The translations under genes and the position numbers were made by a program. This document shows, one piece after another, positions 12,017-21,993 of a stretch of DNA of 32,000 nucleotides. Position 1 is the stretch's first letter, and every line of letters starts with the position of its first letter. The notes beneath the pieces are model-generated. The model was not told where the DNA came from. It saw nothing but the letters and a program-made list of their open reading frames with translations, and did not search any database. The DNA is from Candidatus Saccharimonadota bacterium (lineage in GTDB: Bacteria; Patescibacteriota; Gracilibacteria; BD1-5; UBA6164), in NCBI GenBank assembly GCA_004563595.2, contig CP042461.1, positions 810,001 through 842,000 on the forward strand, in the 5' to 3' direction.

Positions 12017-12445
12017 TTATTCTCATTCAAATATATTTTTATATTCTCAAAATCATTCAGACTCTAATTCGTCATATGGAATAAATTTTAGAGCAGCTGA
12101 ATTGATACAGTATCTCAGTCCTCAAAATTCTTTAGGACCATCAGGAAACACATGTCATAAATGTGAATCTGCTGTATCACTTCTTACTTCTATTCTTGAT
12201 CTTAATAATTTCATATCAGAGTGTTCTGTAACTCTGTCTTCTTGAATAGGTTTAGAAAAGCTTGGCCAACCACATCCTGAGTCAAACTTGTCTTTTGATG
12301 TAAACAAAGGAGTTCCATCTACTATATCAACATATATCCCATCGTCTTCATGGCTCCAGAATTCATTATCAAATGCTGGTTCAGTAGCACTATTTTGAGT
12401 AACTTGATATTGTATATCAGTTAATCTTTCTTTTAAATTATTCAT
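12017..12445 (-). CDS. msrB: Peptide-methionine (R)-S-oxide reductase MsrB, 142 aa
   Basis: The track ORF 12155..12445 continues through a TGA. Recognisable segments are ...[32 protein letters not shown]...[42 protein letters not shown]. The catalytic RYCINS motif is present. Confidence 0.93.
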
Positions 12446-12474
12446 ACTTTTTTTAATTATAAATTATTGTCCCT

Positions 12475-12921
12475 TTAACTACAAGAATAAGGAGTATCTC
12501 ATGCTTTTTCATAGTATTTTTGGTGATATTCCTCAGCTCTATAAAATAGAGTTTGAGGAAGGACTTCAACAACCACTTCCCTACTCTCAGTTTTTTGAAT
12601 CTTATTTAAAAATTTTTCTATTATATTTTTTTCTTCTTCATCTCAATAATATATAGCTGATTTATACTGTTCAACTTGGATAAGACAAGTGGGATCTCTT
12701 TTCTCTACAAAACCTTCTAATAATTCTTTATATGAGACTTCTTCTGGATAATACTCTATTTTAATAGCTTCGCTATGGTCAAATAAATCATCGTAAGTAG
12801 GATTGAGTACTACTCAGCCAGTATATCAAACTTCGGTTGATTGCACTCAATCAATTTGATCAAAATATTTCTGGACTCCCCAGAAACAACCTAAAGCAAA
12901 AATTGCATCTTTTGTTTTCAT
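12475..12921 (-). CDS. msrA: Peptide-methionine (S)-S-oxide reductase MsrA, 148 aa
   Basis: [36 protein letters not shown]... contains the catalytic GCFWG motif. The frame runs from ATG 12921 to TAA 12475-12477 with no TAA or TAG. msrB starts 29 nt downstream, so the two form an operon. Confidence 0.92.
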
Positions 12922-13021
12922 AAATATCGACTTAATAGTTAAATCTCAGCATATTAGCTATGAACAGTCTATAAAGTAACCTTAAAAAAAACTTAAATAG
13001 TATTTTAATTACTAAAAAAAT

Positions 13022-13054
13022 AAAAAACTCTAGAAAGTAATCCTAGAGTTTTTT
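13022..13054 (-). terminator. Intrinsic terminator of the second pilin-like gene
   Basis: The stem pairs aaaaaactctag (13022-13033) with ctagagtttttt (13043-13054) around a 9-nt loop. It starts 8 nt after the stop at 13062. Confidence 0.75.
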
Positions 13055-13061
13055 ACGTTTC

Positions 13062-14864
13062 TTATTTAAAATAAATTGTAATTCATTTTTTTGTACCTAT
13101 CCACATGTTTCAATCAAGGTCTTGAAATATTACTTGTACATCCTTATCAGCTAATCAATCAATTATAGTATAGTCCTTCCAAGTTGATCCATCATACATA
13201 CTTGCTCAATTCAGAGTCGCAAACCACATATTTCCGTCTGAATCTTGATAAATATCATTTATAAATTGATCTGTTAATCAATCAACTTCATTGTATGTAG
13301 TCCATGTTGCTCCATCATACTTACTCACTCAATCATATGTTCCAAACCATATATTTCAAACAGTATCCGAATAGATAGTATTCACATTTTTATTTGTTAA
13401 TCAATCAGATTCATCATATGTCGTCCATGATACTCAATCATATTTACTGACTCCATCTATAGTAGATATCCGAATATCTCATCATACTGACTGAGTAATT
13501 CAAGTGACAATTTTGTTCGCTATTCCGTCAGCTGTTGTATAGTCATGCCAACTTGATCCATCGTATTTACTCACTCATTTTTTTGTAGCAAACCAAAAAT
13601 TTCATGAAGAATCTTGAATTAAATCTACTACATCATTATCAATTAATCAATCAGATTTATTATATGTAGTCCAGACAGAACCACTCAAAGTACTAATTCA
13701 TTTATTTGTTGCAAACCACATTTCTCAAGCACTTGCTTGTAATACGGTTCTTACATCTTTATTTACTAATCAATCAGCTTCAGCATAACTTCACCAAGTG
13801 TTTCAGATAAAAGTACTCACACCGTTTTTTGTTGCAAACCACATATTTGAAGAAGTATCTTGCGCAATGGATCTTGTATCATTATCAAGTAAAGAATTAC
13901 TTAAATCATATGTTAACCAATTAGGTCATGAAGTTAATTCTAATGGTAAATCAAGATCTAGTTGATTATTCACAAGATCATATGCTATTTCTCTCACAAT
14001 TTTAGAAGGATTTAGGAGATCAATTTCAACTCACAAGATAGAATCAAAAATAGGACTTTCCTCTAATATCGTTCAAGAATATGATGATTGAATATTATTT
14101 AATAGCTGAATCCATTCACTCTCATTATTTATTAAATTATCATAGGTTCATCAATATAAAACAAATATACTTGGATCATAATCAAATCATCAATCAATTT
14201 TGAATACCGTTCAATCATACGACGAAGCAATATTTCAATATCACTTATAGGCCAAAGTTTTTTTATCAATAAGTTTTATAATATCAGTTTCAGTTGTATC
14301 ATAGCTCAATATAGTTGGTAAAGCTAGAACGTATATTAATCACCCTGTACTCGTACTTAAACTCAATCAATTATAGTTTCAAACAACCAAACTTCTTACA
14401 GGAATATTTCAGCTTGCATTTGCTTTATTAGTAAAGCTGTTCAACATTATATCATCAGACTCTAAAACTGTTCATAGTTCATATTGCTTTCTATCATTTG
14501 CTAGAGAATATGCATACTCATTTCAACTCACTAAGTCAGTAGGTTTCTCACTTAAAATTCAGACTAGTCTACGAACCGTATCTCAAAAAGTTCATTGACT
14601 CCATAGTGTGGCTCAGCTGAAAGTAATATTTGACACGTTATCAGGCTGGGGATAAAATCAAGATTTTGTCACAAATACTTCAATTCAAAAATCTATTCTA
14701 TTTAGATTTTCAAATCTAGATACATCTCTTGATTTTTTTAGAAATCAGCTCACACCAAAGAAAGCTATAGATCATAGAATTGCTAAAATAGTAATTACAA
14801 CTATCAATTCTATGAGACTAAAAGCCTCTAAAAAGAGAATATATTTCTTGAATATAAGCTCCAT
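13062..14864 (-). CDS. Type IV pilin-like protein fused to a 7-bladed Reg_prop-type (two-component-regulator propeller) beta-propeller, 600 aa
   Basis: ATG 14864 to TAA 13062-13064; I scanned all triplets and found no TAA or TAG. The N-terminus is MELIFKKYILFLEA/FSLIELIVVITILAILGSIAFF. The first ~200 aa are paralogous to the 9601..11835 protein. The C-terminus repeats the motif D..GN.WFAT..G.S.YDG..W seven times. Confidence 0.9.
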
Positions 14865-15077
14865 TTTTTTAAAAGTCTTTTTCACCCTTTTTAGTTTTCT
14901 TTTCAAACTACCTTTTATTATTTTTTTTATTTCCATTCTTTCAATAAAATTTAGTAATTATTTATCGGAGATAATAATATCATACTATTTATTTTTTGTA
15001 AAAAATATCAGTAATTTTATTTTACTAATTAAAAAGTTTCAATATCATACAATTCAATATCTTCTAAAACAATACAC

Positions 15078-15317
15078 ATGAGAATAAACATTACAGCTAA
15101 ATCTATATGAAATTGACTTGCTTTATTACAATCAAAAGTAGATGATCTTTTTGATTTTTGATTTAAAAAGCTCTCAAAAGCTACAAAAAAAGAACTTCCT
15201 AAAGAGACAAACAAAGTAAAAAAAGCTGGTTATAAACTATGATGATTTATTTGAAATGTTTGAAAGAGTTACTATAAAAAATATAATGAAATAAAAGAAG
15301 AACAAGCAAAAAAATAA
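15078..15317 (+). CDS. Small lysine-rich hypothetical protein, 79 aa
   Basis: ATG 15078 to TAA 15315-15317, with 7 in-frame TGA read as Gly (MRINITAKSIGNGLALLQSKVDDLFDFGFKK...GYKLGGFIGNVGKSYYKKYNEIKEEQAKK). The stop lies in a terminator hairpin. I recognise no homolog. Confidence 0.4.
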
Positions 15318-15344
15318 CAGATATTATATATCTGTTATTTTTTT
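15308..15344. terminator. Bidirectional terminator shared by the convergent genes 15078..15317 and 15335..16000
   Basis: The stem pairs aataacagata (15313-15323) with tatctgttatt (15329-15339) and is flanked by A- and T-runs. Both stop codons lie inside the hairpin. Confidence 0.7.
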
Positions 15345-16000
15345 GCTAACTTATTTAAATATGAATCAAAAGGATGTAAAATCTTACAGAGGGAGGCTAA
15401 GTGTATCAAAAAATCCTCTGCTAATACTTCATCATCAGTAAAATTATGAAGTGCATAAAAACCTTTGTATCTTAATAATTCAATTTCTGGATGGTCTTTT
15501 GCAAATCACCTTGGTGCAGTCTTTAATTTTGAGCCTCTGATTTCAAAAGCTTTTTTAAATTTACTATTTGATATAATCCCTTTAATCTCATCAGGAGCAT
15601 TTACTATATTATTTCTCATATTATGTAACCACTCCGCTTCTGGTGCATACGCTCATCAAACTAAAAAATTATTTCCTGGTTCAATATTTAAAAAATATCC
15701 TGCTCTCTTATGCATAGATGGTTTTCATCAATCAGCAATAAGTAAACCATGATTATTTTTATATGGTCTCCCTTTTGCAAATCTTGCATCACGATAAATA
15801 CGAAACATATATGGCTCAGATTCCATGTTTTGAATCGATTCATCAAACTGATTCAGTTTTAAATACCACTGATTTGCAAATGCTTCAAGCTCTTTTTTTA
15901 TAATGAGATATCTGTCTTTATTTTCCAGGAACCATTCACGATTATTATTGTTTTTTATTTCATTCAAAAAAGAGAGGGCTTTTTTATTAATTGTTTTCAT
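15335..16000 (-). CDS. DUF2461 (TIGR02453) family protein, 221 aa
   Basis: The track ORF 15728..16000 continues through tandem TGA codons. Recognisable segments are ...MFRIYRDARFAKGRPYKNNHGLLIAD-GG-KPSMHKRAGYFLNIEPGNNFLVGGAYAPE...TAPRGFAKDHPEIELLRYKGF..., ending at TAA 15335-15337. Confidence 0.85.
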
Positions 16001-16085
16001 TTAGGATATTATGAAGAGTTAATTCTGCATATATAATATCGAGAAGCTTAAAATATCAAAGAAAAAGTCAGCTCAAGCAAAAATA

Positions 16086-16113
16086 TTGTAAAAAAACTCA
16101 AAAATGTTACAAT
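16086..16113 (+). promoter_or_regulatory. Sigma70-like promoter with an extended -10 for the 16140 membrane-protein gene
   Basis: TTGTAA (16086-16091), a 16-nt spacer ending in TGt, then TACAAT (16108-16113). It lies about 27 nt upstream of the ATG. Confidence 0.45.
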
Positions 16114-16139
16114 AAGAATTATTTTATAATAAAAAATGT

Positions 16140-16565
16140 ATGAAATTATTTAAATCGAAATTAGCAAATAGACTCGCTATCGCAAAAACAATTGGTTTTG
16201 TATTTTGACTTCTTGGTTTTTTCCTAATGCCAGTTGTCTTTAATGAAACTGATTTAATGCTGAGATTTGCATTTTTGGCATGGTACACAACATTTTGAGT
16301 TATTATATGACTCTTTTGAATTATGAAAAAACACCCTGTCATAAATATGCCTACTCCTTTTTGGTTCAGATGAATATTTATGTGAGCGTGGTTAAATTTT
16401 GTTTTAGCATTATTTATGTACGATAGACTTGTGTTACTTATACAAGGGACTACATGGGAATGAATGTCTCCTTTTTGGATAATATTAGAATGACTTGTCA
16501 TTTGACTCATCATTGATTATTTCGCTACTAAATTTGGTTGAGAAGGAAAAGAATTACTTAAGTAA
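16140..16565 (+). CDS. Hypothetical integral membrane protein (about 4 TM helices), 141 aa
   Basis: ATG 16140 to TAA 16563-16565, with about 10 in-frame TGA read as Gly (MKLFKSKLANRLAIAKTIGFVFGLLGFFLMPVVF...WYTTFGVIIGLFGIM...FWFRGIFMGAWLNFVLALFMY...). The opposite-strand track ORF 16124..16513 is an artefact. A strong terminator follows. Confidence 0.7.
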
Positions 16566-16580
16566 TAATACGAGATATTA

Positions 16581-16617
16581 AAAAAGAGATATGAATAATG
16601 TTCATATCTCTTTTTTA
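16581..16617 (+). terminator. Rho-independent terminator
   Basis: The stem pairs gagatatgaa (16586-16595) with ttcatatctc (16601-16610). An A-run precedes it and ttttttattt follows. Confidence 0.8.
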
Positions 16618-16728
16618 TTTATATTTTTTAGCATCAATAAAAATTACTTATTGACTTTTCTAAAAAATAGACTATAAATCTCTATGATTGTTTCGTGAAA
16701 ACTAAATATTCAAAAAAGGTATTTAAAA

Positions 16729-17427
16729 ATGTCTGATTTTAAAAATGACTTAGCAGAATTAGTAATAAAACAAGGTATTGTTGGAATTAAACCAGAAGGA
16801 ATAACATTAAAATCAAAAAAAATCTCTCATTGGTATGCTAACTGTAGAATATTATCACAATCTATGTCATCTTTAAATGATGTATCTCATCTAATAGCTG
16901 GCATAGTTACGGATTTAGTAAAAGACCAAGAGGTCGACATGATAATGGGAGTACCAGAAGGTGCAACATTACTCAGTCAGATAATTAACGAACAATTGAT
17001 TATAGCAGGGATTATTCCTGATAAAATCTATCAAAAAAGGGCAAAAGCAAAAGAGCATGGTGACCAAGCAAATAAATTTTGGGTTACCGGTCAATGCCCA
17101 AAAAAAATTTGGTTATTTGAGGACGTGACTACATCTGGTATTTCAACCTTTGAGTATATTCGAAAACTTGAAAGTGAAGATCCAGAAATTGAAATTGTTG
17201 GTGTAATTGCGCTGATTAATCGATTACAGTTAGATAAAAACGGTGTATCAGTAGTTGAAAATATGGAAAAAATTGGAAAAAAATATTTTCCACTCCTTAC
17301 CGTAAACGAAGTATTGCCTAACGCTATTTCATTACTCCCTGAAAGTGAGCAGGAAGAGTGGAAAAAAGTTATTAACCAAGAATATATTGATGAATGGGGT
17401 GAAAACTCACCTGTGTCACTTTGATAA
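16729..17427 (+). CDS. pyrE: Orotate phosphoribosyltransferase-like type I PRTase, 232 aa
   Basis: Recognisable motifs are ...ITLKSKKISHWYANCR...MGVPEGATLL...RAKAKEHGDQ...KIWLFEDVTTSGISTFEYI...VGVIALINR (PRPP-binding loop). There is no TGA among the first 231 codons. The gene ends ..L-TGA-TAA, so one more Gly is added to the track ORF. Confidence 0.85.
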
Positions 17428-17439
17428 TATTCTACAACT

Positions 17440-17469
17440 AAAAAAGAGAGCATTTCTGCTCTCTTTTTT
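17440..17469. terminator. Bidirectional terminator between the convergent pyrE-like and oxidoreductase genes
   Basis: aaaaaagagagca-tttc-tgctctctttttt, with A- and T-runs on both sides. Confidence 0.8.
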
Positions 17470-17482
17470 GTATGTTACTAAG

Positions 17483-18436
17483 TTATATTTTTACAACCAC
17501 ATTTCCCTTTTTATGTCCTTTCTCTACATATCTATGAGCTTCAGCCATTTCCTCTAAAGAATATACTTTATCGATTTGTGATTTAAAGTCTCCAGATTCA
17601 ATAAGATCTCTTAAAATATCTAAATGTTCAGTTTTTTCAGCAGCAACACCCGCAACTATCTTTTTAGTTCAAAAAATAGAAGTTTTGATGAGTTGGAAAT
17701 AATCATTCATACTCGCATTATTTGAAATAAATACCCCATTCTCTTTCAGCGAGTCTTTAGATTTTAAAAATGAAGTTTTCCCAACTGTATCATAAATAAT
17801 ATCATAATAGTTTTTATTTTTAGTAAAGTCTTCTTTTGTATAATCAATTACTTTACCCGCTCCAAGAGATTGTACCATTTCTATATTTTTTGAGCTACAC
17901 ACTCCTGTAACTTCTGCCCCATAATGCTTTAATAATTGTACTGCAGCTGTTCATACAGCTCCTGAAGCTCCATAAATAAGGACTTTTTGTCCTTGTTTTA
18001 TATTTCCCTTCTCTAAAAAATGGAGTGCTGTTCCTCCTCCAAAAATTACTGCAGAAGCTTCTTCATAAGTAGAATTTGATGGCATTTTTGAAATAACCGC
18101 AGTTTCTGGTAAACATTTATATTCAGCATAAGCCCCAAATGCTAAACCAGTACTTCCATATACTTTATCCCCTATTTTGAATTTAGTCACATTTTTCCCA
18201 ACTGATTCAACTTCACCTGCTAAATTAACTCCTAATATTTTTTTAATTGGATGTATAAACCCCGTAATAAAACGAGCAAAAAATGGATCAGGAATTCTCA
18301 TCCTATAATCTCCCGAAGTTACAGGCGTTGCGTGTATTTTGATTAACACTTCATTATTTTTTGGTACTGGTTTCCTTACTTCTTTCAGCTTAAGAACTTC
18401 AGGTGGACCATATTTTTCAAAGACTATTGCTTTCAT
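17483..18436 (-). CDS. qor: Zinc-type alcohol dehydrogenase-like NADPH:quinone oxidoreductase (MDR superfamily), 317 aa
   Basis: The track ORFs 17951..18436 and 17669..17902 plus a further C-terminal piece join through only two TGA codons. Recognisable segments are ...[18 protein letters not shown]...[26 protein letters not shown]...[17 protein letters not shown], ending at TAA 17483-17485. Confidence 0.9.
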
Positions 18437-18477
18437 ATAATTTATGTTGTCACTTAAAAATAAAAACTAGCTTATTA

Positions 18478-18942
18478 TTATTTTTTTATTCATAATACTC
18501 GATTCTCTTTTTTTGCTTTTATATCCATATATTTTCCAACCATTCCCCCAATAAACATACCAAAGAGCATTCCTGTTGTTGTATCATTAGCTATACCAAA
18601 ATTCAATCATAGAGCTGCACCTAATCCAATTCCAAAACATATTCATAATCCTACTCCAAGTGATAGATAATACTCTTCTTGAACAAATGAAAATTCTTTT
18701 TCCAAATATATTGTAAACTTTAAAAATCTTCATTTTAAATATTTAAATTTTTTTTGTTCAATGGATGTGAGATCGAGTTCTTCAAGTTTTTTTTCAATTA
18801 AAATTACTTGTTCTTCGGTTATGTTCATATTTTTCAAACTTAATAAAATGTTTACAAAATTTTTGTAAAATTTAATCTCAGATTTTTTATCTGTTTCTTT
18901 TATTAAGTTTTCAAGGAAACTTGATGCTTCATTTATATTCAT
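18478..18942 (-). CDS. Hypothetical protein with a helical N-terminal domain and a glycine-zipper membrane C-terminus, 154 aa
   Basis: The track ORF 18730..18942 reads through a TGA into ...EEYYLSLGVGLGICFGIGLGAALGLNFGIANDTTTGMLFGMFIGGMVGKYMDIKAKK..., ending at TAA 18478-18480. I checked the triplets and found no TAA or TAG. Confidence 0.65.
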
Positions 18943-19092
18943 AATACTTATATTAAGATTAATTATTATTATTTTTAGATAAACTCATATTTTTCATGGG
19001 TATATATTTAAAAAAATAGCCTAGAAAATTATACAAGATAATCAGTATTAAACAAAGAAATATATAAATATAAATTTTATACATATATGATT

Positions 19093-20565
19093 TTACGTTC
19101 CACAAAACGTTTTATAGGAAGGGTCTTTCATCTCAGGTGGTAACATATATTCTTTATATTTCAAGCTATCAGTATAAGGATTCTTAAGTATTTCAATTAA
19201 GGTATTCATAAAACTAAAGTCATTCTCAGTAACTGCATGATGTATAGCTTCTTCTACCCTATGATTTCTTGGTATAAATACAGGATTTAATGATTTCATT
19301 TGTATAACAATTTGAGAGAGATTTATATCTTGTTTTTTAATTATTTGAAACCACCTACCTAACCATATATCTATTTCATTATCTTTACAAAGCTTTTTTA
19401 TTATATTGAAATCTTCAGTTTCTACTATTTCACATAGAGACCTAAAAAAGAGAGTATAATCTAATTTGTTTTTTTCCATTAAAGTTAAAAGTTCATCTAT
19501 AAGGTCTGAGTCATACTTATTATCTTCAAAAATTCAAACCTTATTATTCATACCACTGTAATAATAATCATCAAATTTATTTTGAAATCATTTTAAACTA
19601 TTTTGTATGAACCCTATAGATTTCTCAGAGTTACTAGAGATAAGAGGAATCAAAGATTCTCAAAATCTAGCAAGATCCCACTCGATAGCATATTTTTGGT
19701 TATTAAAAGAGTATCTCCCATTTTGATCAATAGAACTAAAAACAGTATTTTTATTATAATCATCCATAAATGCACATGGTCCATAATCCATTGTTTCTCC
19801 TGATATAAGTACATTGTCAGTATTCATAACACCATGAATAAATCCTATATTCATCCACCTAGCTACTAATTGTGATTGAATATCTACTACTGATTCAAAT
19901 AAGCTCAAGTATTTATTTTCATTGTTATCAAGATTTGGATAATGTCTCGTTATTACATAATCAGCAAGTATTTTTAGGGATTCTAGATCCTGTTTTCAGG
20001 AAAAATATTCAAAAGTTCAAATTCTAATATGACTTGATGCAACTCGACAAAGCACTGCTCCTGGATGAGTATTTTCTCTATATACCGGTTCTCAAGTTTT
20101 TACCATAGCAAGTGATCGAGTGGTAGCTATATTTAATGCATACATGGCTTCACTTACAATGTATTCTCTTATCACTGACCCGAGTGTAGCTCTTCAGTCT
20201 CAATTACGAGAAAATAAAGTAACACCAGATCATTTTAATTGAAGATCTCTTCTCTTACCATTTATATCAATGACTTCCCCCAAAAGAATAGAGCGACCAT
20301 CTCAAAGTCTCGGAGAAAAATAGCCAAACTGATGTCCAGCATAGACTTGAGCAATTGGGTTCGATCAATTTAAAACTGTATTCCCAGAAAAAAAGTCAGC
20401 TAATTTTTCAGAGTCTCTATCTTGTAAATCTATTCCTAATTCTTTTGCTAGTCTATTATTCACTCTAATAATTGAGGGACTCCTCACTTGAGTAGGTTTC
20501 ACAGATTCATAAAAATCCTCTGGTAATTGAGAATAACTATTATCAAAATTTATTTTTAAATCCAT
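19093..20565 (-). CDS. selO: Protein adenylyltransferase SelO (YdiU/UPF0061 pseudokinase-fold AMPylase), 490 aa
   Basis: Three track ORFs (19093..19479, 19660..19908, 20365..20616) share one frame, and the gaps contain only TGA. Motifs present include [86 protein letters not shown] and [11 protein letters not shown] placed the start at MDLKINFDN (20565); the alternative ATG at 20616 abuts the upstream stop. Confidence 0.92.
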
Positions 20566-20616
20566 ATTTTTGTTATTATGATAAAATTTAAATATGAAAT
20601 AACTAAATCGTTTCAC

Positions 20617-21077
20617 TTATTTTTTCCTCAAATATCTATTTTCATATAATTCTACCCAGTCTTTTACACTCATTTTTGTAACTAATTCTCAAATTAAATC
20701 AAACGGAATATCATCCATTTTCTTAAATCTAATACAAGACTTTCACATATCAAGCTTATACTTACATACCTTTCAATATTCGGCAATAAACCAATCAGAT
20801 AAGTCTTCACCAGCATATATTCACATGTTATAGAATGCTATATATCCTTTTTGATTCGCTATATTGATAAATGGAAGTGGTAATTCTGGAGTACAATGAT
20901 ATCCAGAAGGATATATAGAGTGAGGAACCACATATCAAATCTTCAATAGCTCATAGTTTCTTCAAACCCTTCAGGGATATTGTCTGTTATGACTTTTCTC
21001 AGTTTTTCAAAATATGGTTTTCTTTCTACTGGAAGCTCTCTTATATACTCATCAACAGTTTTGGCTTTTGATTGCAT
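20617..21077 (-). pseudogene. DUF1801 (YdhG-like) gene carrying a 1-nt frameshift (or requiring a -1 slip) just after a TGA codon
   Basis: The frame from ATG 21077 gives MQSKAKTVDEYIRELPVERKPYFEKLRKVITDNIPEGFEETMSYG, then runs into TAG. The conserved continuation (K)IGYVVPHSIYPSGYHCTPELPLPFINIANQKGYIAFYNMGIYAGEDL...KSCIRFKKMDDIPFDLIGELV... lies in the -1 frame and ends at TAA 20617-20619. The junction is minus-strand tat-tga-ag|att-tga (plus 20935-20948). The total of 461 nt is not divisible by 3. Confidence 0.7.
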
Positions 21078-21321
21078 AATATTTTTTTAAAAAAACTAAT
21101 CGTTATAATCAATACTATAAAATTATTTATTCCTATTTACAATAAAAATAGCTCCTAATAGGTCTAAACCTAATCATACCATTACAGATGCTAAAAAATA
21201 TATGGTTGATCTTTGTAAAAGAGCAAATCCTACTCCAAGTCATAAGATAATTACTCCTAAAACTATAATTAAAAAAGTAAAATAATCAAAATAATTACTT
21301 TACTTTTTTGCTTTAAATTCA

Positions 21322-21356
21322 ATTGGTGGAGTTAATGACACAATTGCATTTCATAG
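21322..21356. repeat. att-like repeat A: copy of the ssrA 3' end plus an island arm
   Basis: ATTGGTGGAGTTAATGACACAATTGCATTTCATAG. It matches the tmRNA 3' core (29960-29975) at 15 of 16 positions and repeat B at 30 of 35. Confidence 0.7.
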
Positions 21357-21397
21357 AAAAATATTCTTTGGTTTAGTGAAAAGAGGAAGATTAATTA

Positions 21398-21793
21398 TTA
21401 TTTAAAATATTTTTTATTTTTATAAACGATTGCTCCAAAAACAGTATATACTATAGCTGGAATCAAAATTGACATAACTCATAATTCATTTCATACAGTA
21501 AATATTGCAACAATACTATTAAGTATAAAAATTGATATAAAAGAGTATGCAATTAAAGGCCCCCAAGTATACTTTTTCAATATTGAAAGAATAAACAATA
21601 ATGGCCCTACAATATCTAAGGCAAATACAATAATAGCAGCATAAATTCCATACAAAGTAAATCAAAAAAATGGTAATCATTGTTCATACCTAATAGGTAA
21701 AGCAAACATTGCTCAAATACCCCAGAAAGCAAACAGTACAACTAGTATTTTTAGTGATAATGGAATGATTTTCATGTTTTCTTTTATATTCAT
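21398..21793 (-). CDS. Hypothetical small integral membrane protein (about 4 TM helices), 131 aa
   Basis: ATG 21793 to TAA 21398-21400; I checked the triplets and found no TAA or TAG. The sequence is MNIKENMKIIPLSLKILVVLFAFWGIGAMFALP...FGFTLYGIYAAIIVFALDIVGPLLFILSIL...VMSILIPAIVYTVFGAIVYKNKK. It sits between the two att-like repeats. Confidence 0.65.
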
Positions 21794-21873
21794 AGTGGTA
21801 TATAAGCAAAATATAATTATAGATAGATTACTCAATAATAATGAAGAATCAACAAAGAGAAAAATTGGTGGAG

Positions 21874-21908
21874 CTAATGACACTATAGCATAACATAGAG
21901 TTATTTTA
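21874..21908. repeat. att-like repeat B: exact 16-nt copy of the ssrA 3' end plus an island arm
   Basis: ATTGGTGGAGCTAATGACACTATAGCATAACATAG. The first 16 nt are identical to 29960-29975, the reverse complement of the tmRNA acceptor 3' strand plus CCA. Confidence 0.75.
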
Positions 21909-21993
21909 TATGAAAAACTTCAAAAATAAAATGATCTATATAAATTTTGTTCATAATGGAGTCTCTCTGTTAAAATATATCTAGATCATTTTA

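Noticed and set aside
14812-15214. Track ORFs 14812..15081(+) and 15029..15214(-)
   Set aside because: These are F/I/L/K-rich low-complexity products of an AT-rich divergent promoter region. The first overlaps the pilin gene's 5' end in antisense. The second is antisense to the better-supported table-25 ORF 15078..15317.
15465-17453. Track ORFs 15465..15752(+), 16124..16513(-) and 17091..17453(-)
   Set aside because: Each is antisense to a gene with clear family motifs or membrane topology: DUF2461, the 16140..16565 membrane protein and the OPRTase-like gene.
20566-20616. A longer SelO N-terminus starting at ATG 20616 (MKRFSYFIFKFYHNNKN...)
   Set aside because: The extra 17 aa are not SelO-like and abut the DUF1801 stop codon. 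The family normally begins near the FDNSY motif, so the ATG at 20565 is preferred. The longer form cannot be excluded.
21123-21299. A 58-codon open frame on the minus strand encoding TM-like sequence (…FLIIVLGVIILGLGVGFALLQRSTIYFLASVMVGLGLDLLGAIFIVNRNK*)
   Set aside because: A TAA lies immediately upstream and there is no ATG, GTG or TTG until 19 codons before the stop. It is probably a 5'-truncated remnant next to att repeat A, with a C-terminus vaguely like the 21398..21793 protein. It is not supportable as a gene.
21078-21993. Search for an integrase, recombinase or transposase belonging to the ssrA island
   Set aside because: Under table 25, the only ORFs are a 131-aa membrane protein and a start-less membrane-protein fragment. 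I saw no R..H..R..Y, DDE or serine-recombinase-like sequence anywhere between 21078 and 29961.
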